IMG/VR virus record: IMGVR_UViG_3300025099_000015
Length of the DNA: 64,000 nucleotides
DNA from: an uncultured virus (IMG/VR IMGVR_UViG_3300025099_000015)
Taxonomy: Duplodnaviria; Heunggongvirae; Uroviricota; Caudoviricetes
Direction: 5' to 3' (one strand)
Positions within the stretch are counted from its first letter, which is position 1. Each line of letters starts with the position of its first letter. The position numbers and the translations under genes were made by a program. The notes under the pieces were generated by a model. That model worked only from the letters and a program-made list of their open reading frames with translations. It was not told where the DNA came from and did no database searches. Below are positions 17,150 to 26,651 of the stretch, one piece after another.

Positions 17150-18959
17150 TTGTAATAGTATCTAGGTAATAGAACTATAAGGCATTAAGCCGTTCTATGG
17201 ATACTATGCTAACAACCAGAAGGGGAGACACCTGGGGAGGAGACGACATGGGGTAGATGTTATTGTTTAGTATACTGTAACTCTAATGTCTCTTCCAACT
17301 GTAAGGCTAGTCCAAATAAACATTGGCTTAATGCCAATACATTACTTACCTGAACCAGTTTAGGTTCAGCGCGTATGTATGCTGTTAAATATTCTCCTAG
17401 CCTTGAAAGTTTCCGAAGACTTAGGTAAAGTAACCTACACTTTAACACTACCATATGGTTATATTCGGGGAGATATAGGAGAAGACGGTTGAATATCAGA
17501 TGTTCTTGGAGTGCGCCTTCGCACTCACTAGAACCATGCATTAAGCATGATGATATCGTCTTCTTCCTATATAGAGTCAATAATAACCACATTTGTGGTA
17601 TTGATAATAGTTCCCCTGACTTTACTCCGTTTAGGCAAATTGCGGAACATGGTTGCACGGTAAGTATTACTTAAGCCGCCACATACAACTGTGCTTAATG
17701 CACTATTCGTTTTATGTATGTTTGCGTGATAATACTTACCAGTTCACCTCGTTCCTCCATTGCCTAAACAGAGTAAACTCAGATATAACTTAACACTACC
17801 ATATGGTTCGCATTCTTAGTAGATATGCGTTTAGCAATAAACAACGGGAGTGGTTGGTGTGTCGCTAAGAATTGTGACCGCATTGGGGATAATCTAAACT
17901 ACGTTTATGATACCATATGATTGTATTTGTTTGAGCGTAGCGAGTTCAATCTAATAGATTGGGACTCACCTTTTGTTCGGTCAACGTCCACTCAGGCCGT
18001 TTCACGTTGCTTCATTACCGACCTCCCTTACAACAGTGTGCTTAATGCACAATCATATGGTATTAAATTACATCCTTCAATATTTTTAGTAACGTAGTGG
18101 TAAAAGTGTTGTGATGAAACATTCAGTAAAAGTGAAGCGTTTCAATGCTTTTAACTAGAAATAGCAGGATGATGTAACAGCGAAGCGTTTCATATCCTTA
18201 AGGCTGCTTAACGCTACGCTACACCCATATGGTTGCATAAAAGATGCAGATAGATGGGAGTGTATCTCCAGCATTCGTGTGCAGTGGTGAAAGGTGATGC
18301 ATTAAGCATCAGTGAAACGTCTATTGAAACTACGCACGGAGAATGCTTGGTAGATATCACACCCAACTACTGATATTTTATGTGATTAAACCCGACCCTT
18401 AAGGTGTGATTCATTCACACTGCTTTAACCTCCTTCTTCTGGTCTCCCCTCCTCTCTACTATTGCTTAACGCAACTATACGTTATTCCGAGGGAGAGTAA
18501 GACCATCATCAGTGGTTAACGCTTTACGTTTCTCCCACCATATGCTTTGTCCTTCGATTTTTTTTTATTTTAATTGACATAAGATTTTGTCTTTAGAAAC
18601 CCTAAATTAATATAGTGTTACTCATGTGGGTCTAATAGAAGGCTGTTGAGCATCAATGTATGAATCGCTATTAATAATTAATTCGCGGTGCATCAAGGAT
18701 ACAAATGAATCAATAAAAGAATACACATTAACCACCAATGCTCAAATAAACCCTCACTACAGGTAATGAATTAATTCTTATTCTGGGAATGGACAAAAAA
18801 GAGCAAAAAAATAAACGCAAGTGCCAGAAAAATAACACCCCAAAAATAGGATAAAAAAGGTCTAAAAAATATGCCCCAAAAAAATGGTGAGAAAATGAGA
18901 ATGCCGAATATGTTCTATAATCAAGGTAGTATGTACCATCCTGTAAAGGGGGTTTTACA

Positions 18960-19214
18960 ATGACTGATTGTTTTAAACATATTCAAAATCTTATTAAGAC
19001 AGATAATGAAGCGTGGTATGTGAATAATGCACATATAGTAAATGACCGTTCCACTTTATACCAATGGTTAGATGATAATCAACACCTAACTACTGATAAT
19101 CCCTCTATGAAAAATATACCTAAAGGACATGTTAATCGAGTAATCAAGATTATGAAAGATTTAATGGTTATTTGGGAAGAATGTGAAACAAACAATATAC
19201 AGGAGTTGATATAA
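18960..19214 (+). CDS. Hypothetical protein, first gene of the plus-strand arm
   Basis: 84-aa ORF after a GGGGG ribosome-site-like run. Confidence 0.6.
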   Translation: MTDCFKHIQNLIKTDNEAWYVNNAHIVNDRSTLYQWLDDNQHLTTDNPSMKNIPKGHVNRVIKIMKDLMVIWEECETNNIQELI

Positions 19215-19673
19215 ATGTGCAGTAATTGTGATGATGAAGTCAAAAAATCAGAAGATTGGAAAGAAATACTCAAAGAAGATGAAGTAGAAAAAAATTGGGG
19301 AAACAGAAGCCCAGGACAAGGCTATGGAACAAGACAAACACATAATGAAAGTCAGTATGGTTCAGATTACGAAGGTTTTGGAGAAGATGAAATACAAGAA
19401 AGAACGGAACGGTATCATGAAGGAGTAAAATGTTTTTATTGTGATGAAGATGCAGAATGGAAATGCACTAATGGTAAACATGGTGGTTGTAGATATGAAG
19501 GTGATAGATTTGATGGTGTTCAAGTATGTGGTGCAAATAGCGATTTTGCTGATGATAGATATCCTGAAGGCCATAAAACTTATGCTAATAGAAACAATAG
19601 TGGACATGCATGGGTTCCTATTGAAGAGTTCTCACATGATGACGAATGGGGATACAATCAGGATAAAAGATAG
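19215..19673 (+). CDS. Hypothetical acidic Cys-containing protein
   Basis: 152 aa, CFYC...C motifs, internal DWKEILKE. Confidence 0.6.
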   Translation: MCSNCDDEVKKSEDWKEILKEDEVEKNWGNRSPGQGYGTRQTHNESQYGSDYEGFGEDEIQERTERYHEGVKCFYCDEDAEWKCTNGKHGGCRYEGDRFDGVQVCGANSDFADDRYPEGHKTYANRNNSGHAWVPIEEFSHDDEWGYNQDKR

Positions 19674-19833
19674 GAGGCGATAATATGCAATCAATGTTAG
19701 AGTGTCATAATCATGATAAAATAATGGATTCTTTGTTTGAAGAAGATATAGTAGAGAATAGACAATCAGATATTACTATTGAAGGCTACAATTCTTTTTG
19801 GACTTGGATTGGTAAAAAAATAGGTTGGTTAAA

Positions 19834-19947
19834 ATGAATTGGTTTAATGTTGTTAAGAAAAATCCTTGTTGGGATGGTTATGAACAAATAGGTATGAAAG
19901 ACAAAAATGGAAAACAAGTTCCAAATTGCGTACCAATAAAGAAGTGA
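19834..19947 (+). CDS. Micro-protein with CWxGY...VPNCVP motif
   Basis: Manual translation MNWFNVVKKNPCWDGYEQIGMKDKNGKQVPNCVPIKK; the motif is familiar from marine phage proteins. Confidence 0.7.
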   Translation: MNWFNVVKKNPCWDGYEQIGMKDKNGKQVPNCVPIKK

Positions 19948-19951
19948 TATA

Positions 19952-20443
19952 ATGAATTGGTTAGATGTTATTAAACGTAAACGCGGTAATAGGCGTAAGC
20001 GTGTGCCGTATAATCCATTTACTGGAGAAGGCGATAAGCCTGTAAACATAGAAGATAGAATGAAAGCAAGGGATGAAAAGACCAAAGAAAGAGAAGCAAA
20101 GGTTGCTGAAAGTTTTAAGAAAGTTCCTAGAGCAAGAATATCTATACAACGTGGTGGTGGCAATAAAGTCCATCCCCACACGAATAGGCGTAAGTCGAGA
20201 TATGAGTTGGCACCAGAAGGTGCTAATCTTAATCCGGCATCTAGGTGTGCAATGTGTGGAATTAAATTGACTAATAATCAGCAAACTAAAACATTAAACA
20301 ATGCCGCAGATTTAAATTATTGTGCTGCTTGTGCTAGAACTATTGAAGGAAAACCTGTTGCTTCGCGTAGAACTAATGCTAAAGGTCAGATTATACCACT
20401 TGATAATGCTAATAAAAGGCCATATAAAAAGAGGCGATTGTAA
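19952..20443 (+). CDS. Basic Zn-finger protein (W-x-x-I-x-K family)
   Basis: MNWLDVIKR; CAMC...CAAC. Confidence 0.65.
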   Translation: MNWLDVIKRKRGNRRKRVPYNPFTGEGDKPVNIEDRMKARDEKTKEREAKVAESFKKVPRARISIQRGGGNKVHPHTNRRKSRYELAPEGANLNPASRCAMCGIKLTNNQQTKTLNNAADLNYCAACARTIEGKPVASRRTNAKGQIIPLDNANKRPYKKRRL

Positions 20444-20688
20444 TGAGTTGGAAAGAAGTAATTAAGGAATATGAAGGTAGCATAGAAGAACAAAAGCACA
20501 TTGAAACAATGGATAAGATTAGGGCTTTGTTGGAAGAAGGAGATACCTCAAATGCTCTTGATTTGGCTATGAGATTATTAGGTCAATTCACCGATGGTTT
20601 CTTTGGGGATATTCACGATATTATAAGAAAAGAGGTAGGCGAAGAAGGCCTAAGAGATATAATAGAAGGAATTGCGTTTGGATATTGA
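20443..20688 (+). CDS. Hypothetical protein (W-x-x-I-x-K family)
   Basis: MSWKEVIKE; overlapping stop/start. Confidence 0.65.
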   Translation: MSWKEVIKEYEGSIEEQKHIETMDKIRALLEEGDTSNALDLAMRLLGQFTDGFFGDIHDIIRKEVGEEGLRDIIEGIAFGY

Positions 20689-20698
20689 GGGATTTAGA

Positions 20699-20836
20699 AT
20701 GAGTTGGGAAGACATAATTAAAATGAAATGCATGATGTGTGGTGCTAAATTAGAAAAGCAACCTTCTAAAACTAAATATGCAAGAAATAGAGCAATATAT
20801 CTTTGTCCCGAATGCGGTCATAAGGAAGTCTTTTAA
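20699..20836 (+). CDS. Micro Zn-ribbon protein (45 aa, W-x-x-I-x-K family)
   Basis: Manual translation MSWEDIIKMKCMMCG...CPECGHKEVF. Confidence 0.7.
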   Translation: MSWEDIIKMKCMMCGAKLEKQPSKTKYARNRAIYLCPECGHKEVF

Positions 20837-21171
20837 TGAGTTGGATGGCTATTTTAAAAAATGTTGATTTAGATGAAGACAATTGCTGTGAAGCATTGGC
20901 TACAGATTTAGAACTACTATTTGAAAATCTTATTTTTAATGACTTTGTGAGTTTTATTAAAAAGAATAAAAATAATTGTGAGGTATTAGTTCCTGAAGTA
21001 GAAAGAATATTGGGTGAAGGTATGTCGTATTTCAAAAGAAAATATATAATTGATTCACAGATACTTTCTGTTGCTGATGAAGGCGAAATATATCAAGTAA
21101 TAAAAGACATGTATGCTAAATATTTAGATTGTAATGAGGATTTACTATCAATGGGAGAGGACATGAGATGA
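20836..21171 (+). CDS. Hypothetical protein (W-x-x-I-x-K family)
   Basis: MSWMAILKN. Confidence 0.65.
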   Translation: MSWMAILKNVDLDEDNCCEALATDLELLFENLIFNDFVSFIKKNKNNCEVLVPEVERILGEGMSYFKRKYIIDSQILSVADEGEIYQVIKDMYAKYLDCNEDLLSMGEDMR

Positions 21172-22088
21172 AGTGGTTTAACATAATTAAAGACTTTAAG
21201 TATTCTCATGGTAAATATGCCGATGTTGATTCACAAGGTTTACAAGGTTATCGAGGAGTGCCTAAAGAAGCGGCAGGGTTTTCACGCGGAAACATAGCAA
21301 GTATTAATTTAAGTGCTAATGCATGGAAAAATATGTTGTATGATAAAGACGGTAATTACGAACAAGAAAATGAAGAACAAGTAATAAGAGAAATGAGCAA
21401 TACATTGAGTCATGAATATGCACATGTGTTATTCCATAAACTTTCTGGGTATACTGGTTTAAAATCTGAAATAGGTGGAGTTATGTCAGATATAATGCTT
21501 GGATTACTATTAGAGATTGATGACAAGAATCTGTTTGATTTAGATGAAAAAACTAGCAAGTTATTAGCGGCGTGTAAAAAACATGCAGCAACAATTATAC
21601 TTGATGAATTATATGCAGGGTATGCAGGTAAAAGTGTTGAAGGAATAAGCAGAATAATAATAGATAAATACAAAGATTATTGGCGAGACGATTTTAATAA
21701 TACTCTTCGGAGAACAAAATCTAGTGTAATTAATAGACTACAAGAGGCAATAGGAGAAAGTGAAGAGTTTTCTCACATGGAAAAGTTAATTATAGACATA
21801 AGATTCCCTAATGTAGTAGAATACATGGGACAAATTACGCAGTTAATGGAACGTGCTTGGTCTGAAACTGTAGACTTTATTTATAAACGGATGCTGGATG
21901 TTCAACAAAAGAGGTTTTACTTAGGCACACTACCTGAAAGAGAAAACACTACCATAGGAGAAATGACAGTTATGATTAGTAGATACATAGACAACGCAGG
22001 TTATGAGGATATTCAAAGATATATTAATGGTGAAGATTTAAACGATAAAGTGCTTGAAGAAATTGGTTTTAGTAGGAGGAGAGGATAA
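21168..22088 (+). CDS. Putative zincin-like metallopeptidase (W-x-x-I-x-K family)
   Basis: MKWFNIIKD; TLSHEYAHVLF HExxH motif with downstream DELYA Glu. Confidence 0.55.
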   Translation: MKWFNIIKDFKYSHGKYADVDSQGLQGYRGVPKEAAGFSRGNIASINLSANAWKNMLYDKDGNYEQENEEQVIREMSNTLSHEYAHVLFHKLSGYTGLKSEIGGVMSDIMLGLLLEIDDKNLFDLDEKTSKLLAACKKHAATIILDELYAGYAGKSVEGISRIIIDKYKDYWRDDFNNTLRRTKSSVINRLQEAIGESEEFSHMEKLIIDIRFPNVVEYMGQITQLMERAWSETVDFIYKRMLDVQQKRFYLGTLPERENTTIGEMTVMISRYIDNAGYEDIQRYINGEDLNDKVLEEIGFSRRRG

Positions 22089-22243
22089 TGAAGTGGTTTA
22101 CAATGATAAAGCATAGAAAGATGTGTGAAAATCCTGGGTGTTATAACCGAATGTCTCCTACTGCAAAGTCTAAAGGAAAAAAAATATGTGCCACTTGTGT
22201 TAGAAGAAGTGGTAAAGGTAGAATGCGAGTTAATAAGGAGTGA
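22088..22243 (+). CDS. Micro Zn-finger protein (51 aa, W-x-x-I-x-K family)
   Basis: Manual translation MKWFTMIKHRKMCENPGC...CATC. Confidence 0.65.
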   Translation: MKWFTMIKHRKMCENPGCYNRMSPTAKSKGKKICATCVRRSGKGRMRVNKE

Positions 22244-22785
22244 TTACTATAATTTGGTTTAATGTTCTAAAAATATCCACTAGGGATGCTATCAGTGATG
22301 CAAAAAGATTTGCGCCTGAAATGATAAGAGAACAAGAAAAATTAGATAGAGAAGAAAAAGAAGAAGGGATAAAACGTGCTAACCAAGCAGATAAAACAAA
22401 ATATTATGTTCCCCCTGAACAACTTCCTAGAATAAACGATTATCGGTTTGCACCTAAAGCATCAAAAACTAGTCGCGGTCAAACTACTACTAATTGGCAT
22501 TCTTTTCTTAGGACTTATATTCCATATTTTGTTACTGATGCAGAATATATTACATATAAAAAGAATAAAAGAGACTTAAATAAATACAGTAAGATATGGG
22601 AAAACTCTCGTCAATTACTTCCTCAAGAACAGGAATTAGTAGAAAAAATGGCAGATGAAAATGCAGAAATATATGCGACTGCTATTTGGAGATGGGATTA
22701 CTTTTATCATGGTACTCGTTTCTTTGAAGAAGGCAAAGAAGAAGGATTGAGGCAAGAGAATGCAAGGTTTTGGGGTAGAGAATAA
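22240..22785 (+). CDS. Hypothetical protein (W-x-x-I-x-K family)
   Basis: IWFNVLKI near the N-terminus. Confidence 0.6.
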   Translation: MITIIWFNVLKISTRDAISDAKRFAPEMIREQEKLDREEKEEGIKRANQADKTKYYVPPEQLPRINDYRFAPKASKTSRGQTTTNWHSFLRTYIPYFVTDAEYITYKKNKRDLNKYSKIWENSRQLLPQEQELVEKMADENAEIYATAIWRWDYFYHGTRFFEEGKEEGLRQENARFWGRE

Positions 22786-23138
22786 TGACTTGGTTTGAAT
22801 TAATTAAATCTGGCGAACTAAAAGAGTTTGAGGTTCTAGCACAAAAATATGCAGAACCTACCGACTTAACCCATTTAGATTATCTTAGAAAGAAACATGG
22901 TAAGAAAAGCAAAGAGTTCTATGATATATTAAATAAACAAATTATTGAAACAATAGATGATAATTGGTCTAGTTTACAAGATATTGCTAAATCACTAAGA
23001 GATAAAAACCCAGGATTAAAAGATGCAGATGAAAACTTAATATCATTTTTGAGAAAAAGGTTAGATAACATGGATGTAAAAACATTCCAAGAACCTGCTG
23101 CGGGAAGAACAGGAAAGAAAACATATTACAAGGTGTGA
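22785..23138 (+). CDS. Hypothetical protein, possible winged HTH (W-x-x-I-x-K family)
   Basis: MTWFELIKS; SSLQDIAKSL...GKKTYYKV. Confidence 0.6.
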   Translation: MTWFELIKSGELKEFEVLAQKYAEPTDLTHLDYLRKKHGKKSKEFYDILNKQIIETIDDNWSSLQDIAKSLRDKNPGLKDADENLISFLRKRLDNMDVKTFQEPAAGRTGKKTYYKV

Positions 23139-23142
23139 TTAA

Positions 23143-25398
23143 ATGGATAATGACAGTATAATAAAGGCCTATGATGACATCCTAAAAAAACTAGGAGTAG
23201 GAAGAGAAGTAGGGACAGAAAAAACTGCTCAAAAGTTTTGGATGGATTTTTTACAGCCTTTTGGTTTTAAACCACAACAAGCATTTCCTGATAATATGAC
23301 TTTAGGAACAAATAGAAACTCTGGAGATGCTTCTATTGGTAGAACAACAACTGTATTAAATCATTTATTTGAACCTAAATGGGTTACTCATACTTACTAT
23401 GATTTAGATTCTGGCATTCCTCTTTACACTAGAACAGAAGGTGAGACTTCTGGTAATTTAATAATACGTGGTGGATTAATAGGAATGAAAGATGTAGCAG
23501 GTAATAGAGTGCCTACTGATGACCCGTTAAAAACCACAATAGATAGAAAATCTGGTAGAGCATCAAAAATGGTTAGAGCATCTCAATTATTAGATGTAGA
23601 TAAAAAGAGCGATAAAGGTTTTGCTTCTATTCCTAAACCCCCTAAAGGTTGGATTGATAATTATAAAACTCTTGATTCGCAAGTTAATTATTTAGAGGAC
23701 AATTTTCCAGAATACAATAATTATTTAGTAGAGTATTTACACAAACCTATCGAGGGAGAAGGTATTTTACAAGAATTACAAGTTTCTAAAACTCAAGCAG
23801 ATTTTGTAGCGGTTGTTAATGATTTAATTAGAAAACAATATCCTGGTCTTGTTAAAGAAATCTTAGAAGAAGCCAGACAAATGAATAAAGATAAGTGGCA
23901 CATTACTGTGGCCGCTAATGAAAGATTAAAATCTCCATTAATGAAGACAGGATTTAAGCCTTTAACCCCAGAATATATGGAAGAGTTATTATCTGATAAA
24001 AGCGGTAGTGTTTCAGATTATATTAAAACGGCAATAGAACGCATTAAAAGTAAAGATGGAAGATTAACCGGAAAGAATAGCGAATACTTTATTAGAACAC
24101 CTAGAGGAGACCCAATAAACCCACTAAGTAAATCCGCGTGGGCTAAAACTTTACGAGGCGATAATATGTTTGACAAAATAAAGAAAGGCAAAACTACACA
24201 TTGGTTTGATTTATTAAAGTTTAAAGGACGTTGGGATGATAAAGATGATGATGATATGGCTTTACCCGCAGGTGGTGGCCCTTCTAAAAAGCCTAAAAAT
24301 CCAGAAGATGATAATACTATTAGAGAAAGAGAATCCCCGAAGAGATGGAAAGATGATTGGAAAAAAGATAACAACATAGACCCAATCACAGGAAAAAGAA
24401 GAAAGGCAAGTAAACTAGCAGAAGGAAGAGAAACAGTAGGAACAGATACTTTCTGTTGTGGTAAAATTAGACAATACCTAAAAGATTATGTAGAACTAAC
24501 ATCATTTACAGATGACTATCAATTAAGAATGATGGAGGAATGGATAGATGAAAACATTACTTGTTCAGACATTGAGAAGGCTATGGCTGTTAGAATATCA
24601 GTAGTAGACAGTTATGGAAACGTGAACAATAACCCTACAATAGCAGACTTACACAACGCAAGTCGAGATGATATAAAATCTGATGTAGGAGGAGATAAAG
24701 GATTTACTATACCTTTAGAGTTTGATGAAGATAGTGGTGAAGTATCTGGTAATAAAGAAATAAGAATACCTGCAAACGAAATGAACTTTTTCTCTAACGT
24801 TGCAGGTAAGTTATCTTTCTTACCAAAAGAGTATTGGGATGCAAAACCAGATAGACCTAGTAAAAAGATAATAAATGGCAGAAGAGTGCAGGTTGGAGGT
24901 TTAGGAATGACTTTGGCTATGGCTTATCATATATGCATACAAGACCATGTTCAAAGTAAATTAACTGAAATAAGCGATAATTTAGAAAATGAAGAGTTTT
25001 ATGCAGATGTTGGTGTATCTACTGATAAACAAATGAAATTGAAAATAGATATATTAGATGCTTTCAAACAAAGAGGTGGATATGTAGGGCCAGGAGGTCA
25101 GTTTAATCCGGCAGAGATGCAAAAATACCCAGATTTGTGGACTAGATGGCAAAGAGCAAGTCAAATATCTCCAGACTCTGGTAAAGGAACAGGGTTCCAA
25201 ACAGAAAATGAAATGAACTCACAAGACCTTGCTAGAGAAAGGCTTTGGGATTATATAGATGAAATGAGAGGTAATGAGGTAAATCAAGAAGAGAGGCAAA
25301 GGAAAAGAAACGCCAACCCATTACCAAGATACCCAGAACCTCCAAAGAAAAAAGATGAGGATGAAGAAGATGGTAATGATGACGCACAAATGGTTTGA
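23143..25398 (+). CDS. Large hypothetical protein with internal WFDLLK motif
   Basis: 751-aa ORF. Confidence 0.7.
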   Translation: MDNDSIIKAYDDILKKLGVGREVGTEKTAQKFWMDFLQPFGFKPQQAFPDNMTLGTNRNSGDASIGRTTTVLNHLFEPKWVTHTYYDLDSGIPLYTRTEGETSGNLIIRGGLIGMKDVAGNRVPTDDPLKTTIDRKSGRASKMVRASQLLDVDKKSDKGFASIPKPPKGWIDNYKTLDSQVNYLEDNFPEYNNYLVEYLHKPIEGEGILQELQVSKTQADFVAVVNDLIRKQYPGLVKEILEEARQMNKDKWHITVAANERLKSPLMKTGFKPLTPEYMEELLSDKSGSVSDYIKTAIERIKSKDGRLTGKNSEYFIRTPRGDPINPLSKSAWAKTLRGDNMFDKIKKGKTTHWFDLLKFKGRWDDKDDDDMALPAGGGPSKKPKNPEDDNTIRERESPKRWKDDWKKDNNIDPITGKRRKASKLAEGRETVGTDTFCCGKIRQYLKDYVELTSFTDDYQLRMMEEWIDENITCSDIEKAMAVRISVVDSYGNVNNNPTIADLHNASRDDIKSDVGGDKGFTIPLEFDEDSGEVSGNKEIRIPANEMNFFSNVAGKLSFLPKEYWDAKPDRPSKKIINGRRVQVGGLGMTLAMAYHICIQDHVQSKLTEISDNLENEEFYADVGVSTDKQMKLKIDILDAFKQRGGYVGPGGQFNPAEMQKYPDLWTRWQRASQISPDSGKGTGFQTENEMNSQDLARERLWDYIDEMRGNEVNQEERQRKRNANPLPRYPEPPKKKDEDEEDGNDDAQMV

Positions 25399-25528
25399 TT
25401 TACTTAAAGTTGCTACTGCCGTAACAACAGGTTCTACATATGGTGGAGAAGCGAATCCCGCAACAGATGCATTATTTAATTTAAAGTTTGGAGAAGTGGA
25501 GGAAGAAGAAGATGCCAAAGAAAACTAA
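25376..25528 (+). CDS. Micro-protein (50 aa, W-x-x-I-x-K family)
   Basis: Manual translation MMTHKWFDLLKVATAVTTG...DAKEN; bridges two long ORFs. Confidence 0.6.
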   Translation: MMTHKWFDLLKVATAVTTGSTYGGEANPATDALFNLKFGEVEEEEDAKEN

Positions 25529-26651
25529 AAAATCCTCAAGACCAATTAAAGAAAAAGGCAGTTCTGCAACTCAGGACTTTGACTATGATAAGTTTAAAGT
25601 TATTTTTGATAAATGGAAAAATGACTGTAAAGCAAGTGGTTCTAAATTAGGATTAACTTCTAGTGCTACATTATTAGAAATAGTTAGCGCACATGGAGTT
25701 GTGGCGAGACCTTACACTAAAAGTCCTGTTAGTAAAGATAAAGGTGCAGGGACTATAATTGAATTAATGGAAGAATGGGAAAATGATATTGCTGTATTAG
25801 AAACAGTAGATTTAATTGCATTAGATGAAGTAATTGAAAAACTTAATGCTATGGCTGATTCAGAAAATGACCCAAGAAACATTAGATTTACAGTGCCTAT
25901 ATTAAGTGAAGTAAACCCAGATAATGGAGATTATGATGAAGATGACGTTACAGAAGTTTACGGTCATTATAGAACACCTGATTATATTGCTTTTAGAAAA
26001 ATACTAGCAGACCTTCCTAACAGTAAAATCAATCCAGAAAGTATTGAAGCAGTTGATTCTAGTTGGTATGCTGAAGGCACAGATGGAAAAAACACAGCAG
26101 AACCCCCGATGTGGCAAGCATTGTTTGCTACAAATGGTGATATGGTATCATTAGGTTTGTTAGGTGTTTGTCAAGAAGCAAAGAAATTAATTAAAGAAAC
26201 TGAAATACACAATGTTATTTTAAAGGTTCATGATTCTGGTGATGGGCTACTAGCCGAAGATGTGTATAAATTACCCGCAGTAAAAAGTTGGTTAGCAAGT
26301 AAGGTCGGTTCTAGCACTAGCCCAGGTGATGGTATAAATCCAAAAACATTACATTGGAAAGATAGACCAATGCATTCTCAAATATCTTCTGAAAAGTTTG
26401 ATGTGCAAGGATTAGCACAAAGTAGGTTCATTAAACGTGCGGCTAATTTTAATAAATATGCCGGAACAATAACTACATTTCAATTAGACATTTCAAGAAG
26501 ACAAACTAGGAAACTAGCAACTTTAACAGGAGTATGTAAAAAATATAAGGGTAGAGATGTAGTTTATCATGTAAGTAAAGACGCTAAAAAATCTAAAAAA
26601 ACTAAAAAGGAGGTTAAGAAATGGATGGAAATAATTGGCAGGTCATCATGA
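25512..26651 (+). CDS. Hypothetical protein
   Basis: ORF track 25488..26651; ATG at 25512 (MPKK) follows GGAGG. Confidence 0.65.
   Translation: MPKKTKKSSRPIKEKGSSATQDFDYDKFKVIFDKWKNDCKASGSKLGLTSSATLLEIVSAHGVVARPYTKSPVSKDKGAGTIIELMEEWENDIAVLETVDLIALDEVIEKLNAMADSENDPRNIRFTVPILSEVNPDNGDYDEDDVTEVYGHYRTPDYIAFRKILADLPNSKINPESIEAVDSSWYAEGTDGKNTAEPPMWQALFATNGDMVSLGLLGVCQEAKKLIKETEIHNVILKVHDSGDGLLAEDVYKLPAVKSWLASKVGSSTSPGDGINPKTLHWKDRPMHSQISSEKFDVQGLAQSRFIKRAANFNKYAGTITTFQLDISRRQTRKLATLTGVCKKYKGRDVVYHVSKDAKKSKKTKKEVKKWMEIIGRSS

Larger units (their letters stand above)
12279..18545. repeat. Array of CCATATGG palindromes separating long hairpin units
   Basis: Exact copies start at 12279, 12390, 12486, 13210, 13417, 13589, 14005, 14298, 14463, 14563, 14671, 14863, 15050, 15197, 15926, 16089, 16392, 16496, 16646, 17142, 17451, 17799, 18225. 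One-mismatch copies at 17913, 18053, 18538. Confidence 0.95.

Noticed and set aside
12137..17674. Short track ORFs inside the array (12137, 13409, 16041, 17260, 17489)
   Set aside because: No clear ribosome sites, atypical composition, and they cross palindrome or hairpin boundaries; treated as chance ORFs.
12279..18545. CRISPR array or TIGR array interpretation
   Set aside because: Repeat is only 8-10 bp, spacing is about 95-730 bp and irregular, spacers are self-complementary, and no cas or Nop-domain gene is recognisable in the window.
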